A stretch of 64,000 bases of DNA from an uncultured delta proteobacterium. Lineage in GTDB: Bacteria; Myxococcota_A; Polyangia; Polyangiales; B10-G4. Location: positions 544,001 through 608,000 of the forward strand of contig CAVSGI010000021.1 in assembly GCA_963727445.1 (NCBI GenBank), read 5' to 3'. The first letter of the stretch is position 1. Every line of letters begins with the position of its first letter. Positions 51,300 through 59,330 of this stretch are shown here, in pieces. A program made the position numbers and the translations under genes. The notes below the pieces were generated by a model. It did no database searches. It was not told the origin of the DNA and saw nothing but the letters and a program-made list of their open reading frames with translations.

Positions 51300-52343
51300 T
51301 CAGCCCTTGCGCGCCCTCGCTCCTTCGCGCGCCAGATCGATCGCGGCCGCGTGCAGGCTGAGCCCGCGCTCGGCGGCGCGCGCCGACGCTTCGTCGAGAA
51401 CCTCCACCACACGTTCTACCGGCTTGAGGAAGCCCGCCTCGTCCTCGGCGCCCGCGCCGGCGGGAGACGCCCCGATCACGCCGCCGAGGTTGGCGACGAA
51501 GTCAGGGACGAAGAGGATCTCGCGCGCAGCGAGCGCTTCGGCGAGTGACTCGTCCGCGAGCGGGTTGTTGGCGGCGCCGCAGATCACACGGCAGCCGATC
51601 CGTTCGGCCACGCCGGCGTCGATGACGTCGCCGAGGGCACATGGGGCGAACACGTCGGTATCGCCGTCGAGGATGGCGTCCGGCGCAACCTGCTCGGCGC
51701 CGAGCGCCTCGGCCACGCGCCGGGCGGCGGCCAAGTCGGTGTCGGTGATCTTCAAGATCGCCCCGTCCCGATGCAGCGCCTCGGCGAGGAGCGACCCCAC
51801 CCGACCCACGCCCTGGATGGCGACCCGCACGCCTTCGAGCGAGCCTTTGCCCAGGCGCTTGGACGCGGCCCATTTCATCGCGAGGTGGACGCCATGCGCC
51901 GTCGCCAACGCCGTGTCCTTCCCTTCGCCCTGCTTCTGGCTCACGTAGGGCGTCGCCTTCGCCACCACCGCCAGGTCGGCGTCGTTGGTCCCGACGTCGG
52001 TGCCGGCGATGAAGCGCCCGTTCAGCCGGTGGACCGCGCGTCCGAAGGCGAGGAGCAGCGCCTCGTTCTTGTCCTTCCTCGGGTCGGCGAGGATCACCGC
52101 CTTGGCCCCGCCCGCCGGCAGGTTGGCGAGGACCAGCTTGTAGGTCATCGCCCGGGACAGGCGCAGCGCCGCGTCGATGGCCTCCTGCTCGTGTGCGTAA
52201 GGCCACATGCGCGTGCCGCCGCCCGCCATACCGAAGGGGGCGCTGTCGTGGACGGCGATGATCGCCCGGAGCCCGGCTTTGCGGTCCGTGGCGAAGACGA
52301 CCTCTTCGTGGTCGTCGAAGAAGGGGCGCTCGAAGATGCTCAT
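51300..52343 (-). CDS. Glu/Leu/Phe/Val dehydrogenase family protein
   Basis: GGTRM, MTYK, GGAKAVI, QGVGRVG, PCALG, GAANN, PDFVAN.GG. Confidence 0.93.
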   Translation of the reverse strand: MSIFERPFFDDHEEVVFATDRKAGLRAIIAVHDSAPFGMAGGGTRMWPYAHEQEAIDAALRLSRAMTYKLVLANLPAGGAKAVILADPRKDKNEALLLAFGRAVHRLNGRFIAGTDVGTNDADLAVVAKATPYVSQKQGEGKDTALATAHGVHLAMKWAASKRLGKGSLEGVRVAIQGVGRVGSLLAEALHRDGAILKITDTDLAAARRVAEALGAEQVAPDAILDGDTDVFAPCALGDVIDAGVAERIGCRVICGAANNPLADESLAEALAAREILFVPDFVANLGGVIGASPAGAGAEDEAGFLKPVERVVEVLDEASARAAERGLSLHAAAIDLAREGARARKG

Positions 52344-52402
52344 GAGCGCCAGATATGCGCGCTTGCGGCCCCGTCGAGCGTCCCTACGTTGGTGCATGAC
52401 TC

Positions 52403-53314
52403 ATGAAGCGCGTCACGGTCGTACTCGGCGCCGGAGGCCCCGTCGGTCATGCTTTTCACGCCGGGCTCTTGGACGCGCTCTCCGAAGGCCTCGGCTGGGA
52501 CGCCCGGGAGGCGCACCTGGTGGTGGGCACCTCGGCCGGCGCCCAGGTCGGGGCGCTGCTCCGTGCGGGGATGAGCGGCGCGGATTTGTCGGCGCGGGTC
52601 CAGGGCGAAGGACTGAGCGACGAGGGCGCGCGCATCGCCGCCCATTTCCATCGCCCGTCCCACGACCAACCGAAGGAGCGACGCCCCTATCGCCCGGCGT
52701 CGATGCAGTACGTGCGCAGCGCGGTCCGGCGGCCGTGGCGCCTGCGCCCTGCGCGCCTGGCCTCGGCGCTCCTTCCCGAAGGGCAGGTCGATCTCTCGCC
52801 GCAGATCCACGGCCTCAATCGCCTCTTCGGCGACGCGTGGCCGGAGCGTCACCTCTGGATCACCGCCGTCTGCCTGCACTCGGGACAGCGCCTGGCCTTC
52901 GGCCATCCCGATGCGCCGCGCGTCGACGTCGGCACCGCGGTCGCGTCATCGGGCGCCGTCCCCTCGGTCTGCGCCCCCGTCGAGGCCGACGGCCGTAAGC
53001 TCGTCGACGGCGGCATGGCCTCGGCGACCCACCTCGACCTGGCCCTGGACGTCGACGACGATCTGGTGATCGTCAGCTCGCCCCTGTCGATGATCGCGCC
53101 GATGCGCTTGCCCCTTCGCGCCGAGCTGCGCCGGCTGCGTGCCCGCGGCAAGCGCGTGGTCGTCTTCGAGCCCGAGGGCGAAGGCGCGCGTGCGATGGGT
53201 CGCGATCCGATGGATCTCTCCCGCGCGCCAGCCGTGGCGCGCGCCGTGCGGAGCAGTGTCCTCCGTCAGCTCGAGCGGCCAGCGCTCTCGGCGCTGCTCA
53301 AAGAGGTGTTTTGA
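52403..53314 (+). CDS. Patatin-like phospholipase
   Basis: LGAGG, GTSAG, DGG. Confidence 0.9.
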   Translation: MKRVTVVLGAGGPVGHAFHAGLLDALSEGLGWDAREAHLVVGTSAGAQVGALLRAGMSGADLSARVQGEGLSDEGARIAAHFHRPSHDQPKERRPYRPASMQYVRSAVRRPWRLRPARLASALLPEGQVDLSPQIHGLNRLFGDAWPERHLWITAVCLHSGQRLAFGHPDAPRVDVGTAVASSGAVPSVCAPVEADGRKLVDGGMASATHLDLALDVDDDLVIVSSPLSMIAPMRLPLRAELRRLRARGKRVVVFEPEGEGARAMGRDPMDLSRAPAVARAVRSSVLRQLERPALSALLKEVF

Positions 53315-53381
53315 GCGAGGAACGCTCAATCCGAGCAGCGCGCAGGTGCATGTCGGCGGAGCCTGTGGGTAAGCTGCCGGG

Positions 53382-54143
53382 ATGCGAAGACACCTGAGTA
53401 GCCTTTTGCTGGTGGCGGTCTTGGGGTGCTCCGGGGGAACCGACGTCGTGGACGGTGGCGGCGATGGCTCGCTCGACGCCCGCGCCGACGCGGCCGCGGA
53501 CGCGGACGCGGCGACCGATAGCGCGATGAGTGACGCCGCGGAGCTGCCGTGTGATCCGGCGGGTGGCGATGCATGCCCCGCCGGCCTCGACTGCCTCTGC
53601 TGCGCCATTGGCAAGGGCACGGGCTGTTTCTGCACGACGGCGTGCGCGACCGCCGCCGATTGCGCCGACCCGCGTCCCACCTGCGACCACGACACGCCGG
53701 GCTCCGACGCGGGTGTTTGCACCTCGTCCGACCTGGTCTGCCAGATCGGGATCTGCGCTTCCGCCGACACGCGGATCGCCACGCCCGAGGGTGAGCGAAG
53801 GATCACCGCGATCGCGGTGGGGGACATCGTCTACGGTATGCGCGACGGACAGCTCGCCCCCGTCCCGGTCCTCCGGGTCTCACGCACGCACGTCTGCAAT
53901 CACTCGGTCGTGCGCGTGACCCTTCGCGCGGGCGCATTCTCGAGATGAGCGCGGGGCATCCGATCGCGGTGCGGGCCCACCTTCGGTGCGCTCGCGGCGG
54001 GCGACGTGCTCGACAGCGAGACGATCCTCTCCGTGGAAGAGGTCCCCTATCTCGGTGACTACACCTACGACATCCTCACGGCGTCCGACGACGGTTCCTA
54101 CGTCGCGGCGGGCGTCCTGGTGGGCAGCACGCTGGCCCGTTGA
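53382..54143 (+). CDS. Cys-rich lipoprotein with C-terminal Hint (intein/Hedgehog-like) domain; two compensating indels near 53935 and 53972
   Basis: Lipobox VLGC; CASADTRIATPEGERRITAIAVGD (block A); LEMSAGHP in the -1 frame (block B); YTYDIL..SYVAAGVLVGSTL back in frame to TGA at 54143. Confidence 0.75.
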
Positions 54144-54147
54144 GCGC

Positions 54148-55311
54148 TCAAAGCGCTTCGCCGTTCCAGCAGATGTCGTAGAAGTAGCCCTGCATCAGGT
54201 CGCTGCGCTTCACGTGATGCTCGTGCAGGCGGTAGCCGATGACGTGGCTGTAGGCGATGAACTGATAGAGGAGCGGCACCACGTCGCCGGGGTCGGCGTA
54301 GATGTCCTTCCCCGAATGGACCAGGGCGTCGAGATCCTCGGGCATCTCGCTCCAGTCGAGGACCATGTTGCGGATGATCGCCAGTGAGAGCATACGGCGC
54401 GCGCCCGCCGGCGCGACCAGCGTCTCGCCTCCGGTGTCATCGCGGAGTCCGCGATCGAAGAGCTCGTCGGGCATCACCGCGAGACCGGCGGTCGGCCGGG
54501 GATTGCACTCCACGAGCACCAGCCCGTCGCCCGTGCGCAGGAAGTCGAGCCCCATCTGGCCGTGATAGTTCGTGGCGCGGGCGATGCGCTCGGTCGCCTC
54601 GAGCGTGCCCGGCTCGACGATGGACTCGAAGGTGATCCCGCCCGAGTGCTCGATCATGAGCGGGTGGACGTAGGTGACGTGGGCGGTGACGCGCCCGTGG
54701 TGGACGATGCTGTAGGTGCAGAGGTCCTCGCCTTCGATGAAGGGCTGGACGAGGAAGGGGTTGTCCGGGGTGGGCTCACACTCCTCGAGGCTCACCGAGC
54801 CCGCGAGGGAGCCCGCGTTCGTGAAGAGGGTCACGCCCCCGCGCGAGTAGGCCGCGCGCGCGAAGAACCTCGGCATGGAGGCGGTGATCTCGGCCAGCTC
54901 GTCGCGCGACCTCGCGACGCGCGTCTCAGCGACCTCGAGGCCCAGCTCGGCGCTCAGCGCGAGGAAGCTCTCCTTGTCGTGGAGCCGGCGCAGGACGTCG
55001 AAGGAGGGGGCGAAGAGCTCGGCGTGGGCCTCGATACGATCGCGGTGTCTGGCCAGATGGAAGATCTCTTCGAAGGCAGGCATCACGCGGTCGACCCCGT
55101 GCTCGCGGACGATGGCTTCGACGTCGTCGAGGAAGCGCGCCGGGTCGTGGGTCGGCGCCGCGGTGACGAAGCGCTCCGAGACGAACTTGCTGTGGTTGCC
55201 CGGCGAGCTCCGGAACGTATCCGACGCGAGCACCTCGTGGCCGGTACGTCCCAGCTTGCGGATCTCCTCGAGGGCCGCCGGCAGTCGGGAGCTGGTGACG
55301 AGGACTCTCAC
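54148..55311 (-). CDS. ATP-grasp domain protein
   Basis: LHDKESF, LVQPFIEG, GQMGLDF, VECNPRPTAG. Confidence 0.85.
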   Translation of the reverse strand: MRVLVTSSRLPAALEEIRKLGRTGHEVLASDTFRSSPGNHSKFVSERFVTAAPTHDPARFLDDVEAIVREHGVDRVMPAFEEIFHLARHRDRIEAHAELFAPSFDVLRRLHDKESFLALSAELGLEVAETRVARSRDELAEITASMPRFFARAAYSRGGVTLFTNAGSLAGSVSLEECEPTPDNPFLVQPFIEGEDLCTYSIVHHGRVTAHVTYVHPLMIEHSGGITFESIVEPGTLEATERIARATNYHGQMGLDFLRTGDGLVLVECNPRPTAGLAVMPDELFDRGLRDDTGGETLVAPAGARRMLSLAIIRNMVLDWSEMPEDLDALVHSGKDIYADPGDVVPLLYQFIAYSHVIGYRLHEHHVKRSDLMQGYFYDICWNGEAL

Positions 55312-55350
55312 GAGCGTACAGTATCCCCCAACCGCCGGCCGGCTACGGGC

Positions 55351-55884
55351 TCAGGCGTCGGTGGCGGCGTCGCCCGCGCCGGCGTCGCCCGCGCCGGCGT
55401 CGCCCGAGGCCGCATCGCCGCCGCCGTCGGTCGTTCCCCCATCCATCATCGCACCGTCCCCCATGCTCGCATCGCCGCCGCCGTCCATCATCCCGCCGTC
55501 CATCGCCGGGGTGAGCGCGACGCTACCCATGAGGATGTCGTCGGGGCACCCGCAGCACTCGGTCGGGGGGTCCGGGTCGCGCATGAGGGTGAGCGTGACG
55601 CTACCCATCTCGAAGCCGGGGGCGCTCACGTCGATGGTCGTCCCGTCTTCTCCTGGATACGGGCCCCGGCAGGTGCTCACCTCGAGCGCGACCGGTGTAC
55701 AGCTCAGGGAGCCAGCCGTCACGACGGTTCCGTCGGTTGCTCCCGGCAGCATGACGGTGAACTCGGCGGTGGGAACGCAGCCGAGGCACTCCACGGCGCA
55801 GTCGCCACCCCCGTCGCCACTCCCGTCGTCGCCACATGCGGTGAAGAGACACAGGGCGACGGCGGCGGCGATGAGTCGAAGCAT
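55351..55884 (-). CDS. Small acidic lipoprotein with C-terminal DGG/DAG low-complexity tail
   Basis: Lipobox FTAC, Cys pairs, repeated DGG/DAG. Confidence 0.7.
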   Translation of the reverse strand: MLRLIAAAVALCLFTACGDDGSGDGGGDCAVECLGCVPTAEFTVMLPGATDGTVVTAGSLSCTPVALEVSTCRGPYPGEDGTTIDVSAPGFEMGSVTLTLMRDPDPPTECCGCPDDILMGSVALTPAMDGGMMDGGGDASMGDGAMMDGGTTDGGGDAASGDAGAGDAGAGDAATDA

Positions 55885-55927
55885 GAAGCGAGTGTCGCGG
55901 GTCCACTCGGGACCCGCAACATCTCGC

Positions 55928-56881
55928 TCACCAGTCGACGCAGCGCGCGGTCAGGAAGTCGCAGTGCCGCCCGTCGCTGCAGTCGGTGTCCGCGCTGCAT
56001 CGCGGCAGACAGACGTCGGTCGCACCGCTGGGCGAGGCCAAGCACTCGTAGCCGCTCCGGCAGTCGCCGGCGGTCTCGCAGTCGGGCAGGCAGATGGTCC
56101 CTTCCATGCCGAGTGACACGCAGGTGGTGTCCGCCTCGCAGCCGACGTCGCTGCCGACCGTGCAGCCGTAGCGGATGCAGATCCCACCGGCGAAGCCCCA
56201 CGATGCTTCGTCCGCGCAGAAGGAGAGCTCGGGACAGTCGTCGTTCGACGCACACGCCGAGCCGTTTTCGGCGCCCGGGGTCAGGCACCGGCCATACCCC
56301 ATCATCCGATCGCCGCAGATCGTCCCGGTGGGGCACTCGGTGTCGTCGGTGCAGCCGCTGGTGCACACCGGCGCGGGCACGCCGATGCCCGAGTAGCAGG
56401 CGGTGCCCATCGGACAGGCGCTGCTGCCCGTGTCACCGCATCCGAGGAGGCAGTAGCCGAAGGTGCCGGCCGTCAGAACGCAGATGCCATCGTCGGGGCA
56501 CGGGACGTCCGCCGCGCAGACCCAGGTGCAGTAACCGACACCGCTCGAACCCGCCCCGCAAAAGCGTCCATCGCAGTCCGCGTCCGAGCTGCACGGTGTG
56601 CCGACGCCTCCCGTTTCGGAGGGAACGCCGCCGTCGTGTGTCGGGCCGGCATCGGTGGGTGAGATGGCGCCGCCGTCCGCCATTCCGACGGACGCATCCG
56701 AAAGGCTACCGCCACCGCCGCCGCCGATGACGGAACCGCCACCGCCGCCGCCGGAGCCGCCGCCATCACCCTCGAAGAACCCCGCATCCTCCCCCGACAA
56801 ACCACCGTCGACCGAGTCCGAAGAGTGCGAGCTCCCGCATGCCGCGAGAACCGCGAGCCCCAACACCATCGCTTTGTGCAT
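55928..56881 (-). CDS. Cys-rich repeat lipoprotein
   Basis: Lipobox LAAC, Gly-rich linker, repeated C..D.DC....C modules. Confidence 0.75.
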   Translation of the reverse strand: MHKAMVLGLAVLAACGSSHSSDSVDGGLSGEDAGFFEGDGGGSGGGGGGSVIGGGGGGSLSDASVGMADGGAISPTDAGPTHDGGVPSETGGVGTPCSSDADCDGRFCGAGSSGVGYCTWVCAADVPCPDDGICVLTAGTFGYCLLGCGDTGSSACPMGTACYSGIGVPAPVCTSGCTDDTECPTGTICGDRMMGYGRCLTPGAENGSACASNDDCPELSFCADEASWGFAGGICIRYGCTVGSDVGCEADTTCVSLGMEGTICLPDCETAGDCRSGYECLASPSGATDVCLPRCSADTDCSDGRHCDFLTARCVDW

Positions 56882-56895
56882 GGCACCTGGACCGG

Positions 56896-56911
56896 TGCAA
56901 GGGCTGCACCA
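56896..56911 (-). promoter_or_regulatory. Possible sigma-54 promoter
   Basis: The minus strand reads TGGTGCAGCCCTTGCA (GG-N10-GC) just upstream of the Cys-rich lipoprotein gene. Confidence 0.4.
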
Positions 56912-57020
56912 CGCCATCGCCGCCACAAAGCGTGCGACGAAAGCGGCGCTTTCGTCTCGCCGTTCGAATCCGCACGCATCGACGCGTGCGTTTTCCTAAC
57001 GCCCACGAAGGGCGCGCCCC

Positions 57021-57896
57021 TCACTCGAGCTCGAGGACCCGCGTGCTCGCGAGATCGAAGACCCCGCGTTCGGTCCGGAGCTGGATCACGCCGTGGGCGA
57101 TCGGATAGCCGGCGAAGCGCGTGATGCAGGTGGTCTTCGCGTCACAGACGTCGGGATCCGAATGACGGCCGGAGCCCGGGTAGCGCAGGGGAACCCGCAC
57201 CCGCGCGGACTGGCCGTCCTTCAGGAGGACGTCCGCCGCCGGGATCACCACGCCGTAGTGGTTTCGCGCGGGCACGAGCTCCACCCGGCGCACCTGCGCG
57301 AAGGGCACCTCGAAGACGCGACCGCCGTCGAGACAGACGAGGCTCGGCCCACGCAACGCGTCCACGTCGGTCAGGCTCTCGAAGGAGATCTCTTCGCCGT
57401 CCTTGGTGATGCACCGACCGCGGACGGGCGGAGGATCCGACGCGTAGAGCTGCTCGACCGCGCTCGCGTAGCGGCCGCGCGCGTGGAGCACCGCCGCTTC
57501 GAGACGTTCGCGCTGCCAATCGGAGGGTGGCGCCACCCAGGCCCGCGCCCGCGCCGCGTCCTCGTCCGTCCGGCAGCGCAGGTAGACGTCGTAGGCGAGG
57601 GCGAGCTCTCGGAGCTTGTACTGGTCGAGCTGTGGCGCGTGGCGGTAGAGGTGATCGATCAGTGGCAGCGCTTCGATGGGCGCGTCGCGGTGAAGGAGCA
57701 CGCCGACGAGCGTGAGCGCGAAACGGGGCTCGAAGCCCTTCTTCTGGAGTGCCCCTCGCAGGAGGGCGGCTGCGCGTGCGAGGTCGCCTCGCATGCACGC
57801 CACGTGGACTTCGCTGTAGACCCAGGCTTCTCTCGCGGTCAGCAAGAGAGCCCTCGAGATGCCGGGGAGGAGAGCATGTAGGTCCTGAGAGCACAT
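57021..57896 (-). CDS. ImpE/SciE (TagJ-like) type VI secretion accessory protein
   Basis: TPR-like N-terminus, then FESLTDVDALRGP..GRVFEVPF..VPLRYPGS..T..HGVIQLRTERG, resembling the ImpE C-terminal pattern. Start uncertain. Confidence 0.7.
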   Translation of the reverse strand: MCSQDLHALLPGISRALLLTAREAWVYSEVHVACMRGDLARAAALLRGALQKKGFEPRFALTLVGVLLHRDAPIEALPLIDHLYRHAPQLDQYKLRELALAYDVYLRCRTDEDAARARAWVAPPSDWQRERLEAAVLHARGRYASAVEQLYASDPPPVRGRCITKDGEEISFESLTDVDALRGPSLVCLDGGRVFEVPFAQVRRVELVPARNHYGVVIPAADVLLKDGQSARVRVPLRYPGSGRHSDPDVCDAKTTCITRFAGYPIAHGVIQLRTERGVFDLASTRVLELE

Positions 57897-58015
57897 GTCG
57901 GGCCAGCGATTAAGCGTTTGGTTTCCCGGCTTGGCTGTGTCCGTCCGGAGCAGGGAGGCAGAGATTGCGTGCTCTTCCGGCGCGATCAGTGCGCTGGCCG
58001 CGTCCTGAGCGCCGC

Positions 58016-59272
58016 TCACTCCCCAGGGAGACGGTGCCCACGAGCGCCGGGGTAGCGCGCCCAGCTCACGACCCCGGTGAGGCCATCGAAAGCGCCGGTC
58101 TCGCCGGTGAGCGGGTCGACGTAATGGACCTGGCTGCCCTCTGCCCAGGTCACCACCCGCGCGTCGGGGCGGTCGCCGAGGGGATCGCTGACGTCGAACG
58201 GCGGCACGGCCGTCAGCACGTCCTGTGTTGCTGCGCCGCCGTCCACGCGGAAGTGCACGATGGTCGACAAGGATGGGGTGCCGTCGGCGGCGCTCTGGTT
58301 CGTGAGCAACACCCCCGCGTTGGGGATGGAAGCAGCGATCGCGCCGAGCCGCACCATCGCAGGAGGCGGCGCGCCGTCGGGCGGCGTGCCCGTGTAGACC
58401 TCGGGCACGATCGACGCGAGCTCGGTCCCGTCGGGCGCGAAGACGCGGAGGGAGTCGCCGTCGTCGATCAGCACCTGGCTCGGGTCGCTGGTGATGGCGC
58501 GGGTCGCGTCCGGCGGCAGCATCGTCGCCACCTCCACGTCGCGATCGTCGAGGGCGTAGGTCAGCCGGCCGGTGTCCTCGAGGAGGTAGCCGACGCCGGC
58601 GCTCTGGGCCATCACCGAGTCGCCCATCACTCCGTCGAAGGAGAACCACGAGCCGATGTCGCTCGGTCCGAGGAAGACGCGGCGCGCGGTCCCGAGGCGC
58701 GCGCGCCAGTCCGTGAAGAGCATCGGATCGAAGGAGAGCTCGGGGCTACCGTCGGCGGAGAAGATCCGCAGGAGGTTTTCGTCGCGGAGGAAGGCGTGGC
58801 TTCCATCGAGGCTGCTGGTGACGCGCGCGTTCGGATCGTCGGTCTGGTAGACCATCGCGCCGTCGGCGGCGAAGAGCCACGTCCCCGGGGTCGCGCTCAT
58901 CAGGTCCCGGCGAAAGCCGTAGAAGGCGAGGTCCACCGTGGTGAAGACCGCCGTCGCGTTTGTGACCACCTCTTCCCAGCTGCCCAGGCGAAAGACGTAG
59001 AGCGCCGAGACGCCGCCCCCGGTCGTGCTCCCCGTGAGCACCACCCGCGTGTTGTCGAGGCTGGCGAGGAGGCGCGGATTCGTGAGCGATGCCGGGATCG
59101 GCTGGCCGACCTGGGTGACGCTCTGCGTGTCGACGTCCACCGCGACCATGCGATCGCCGTCGAGCGCGAGGATCCCTTCGGCCACGGGCGCCGGACCGGT
59201 ATCAACCTCGCCACAGGCGAGCAGCGCCGAGGCGATGATGAAAGGTACGATGAGCTCACGAAGCCGTCCCAT
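58016..59272 (-). CDS. Lipoprotein of unknown function, probable beta-propeller
   Basis: Lipobox LLAC and beta-rich repeats (LRIFSADG, LRVFAPDG). Confidence 0.68.
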   Translation of the reverse strand: MGRLRELIVPFIIASALLACGEVDTGPAPVAEGILALDGDRMVAVDVDTQSVTQVGQPIPASLTNPRLLASLDNTRVVLTGSTTGGGVSALYVFRLGSWEEVVTNATAVFTTVDLAFYGFRRDLMSATPGTWLFAADGAMVYQTDDPNARVTSSLDGSHAFLRDENLLRIFSADGSPELSFDPMLFTDWRARLGTARRVFLGPSDIGSWFSFDGVMGDSVMAQSAGVGYLLEDTGRLTYALDDRDVEVATMLPPDATRAITSDPSQVLIDDGDSLRVFAPDGTELASIVPEVYTGTPPDGAPPPAMVRLGAIAASIPNAGVLLTNQSAADGTPSLSTIVHFRVDGGAATQDVLTAVPPFDVSDPLGDRPDARVVTWAEGSQVHYVDPLTGETGAFDGLTGVVSWARYPGARGHRLPGE

Positions 59273-59330
59273 GGGGCGAGGATAGCGCGTGGTACCTTGC
59301 AGGTGGCTCGGGGGACGCTTGGACCGGTCG

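Noticed and set aside
56929..56992. tRNA-like element (GTTCGAATC plus hairpins)
   Set aside because: The bases flanking the T-loop motif do not form a 5-bp T-stem, and I could not build a cloverleaf or find a CCA end.
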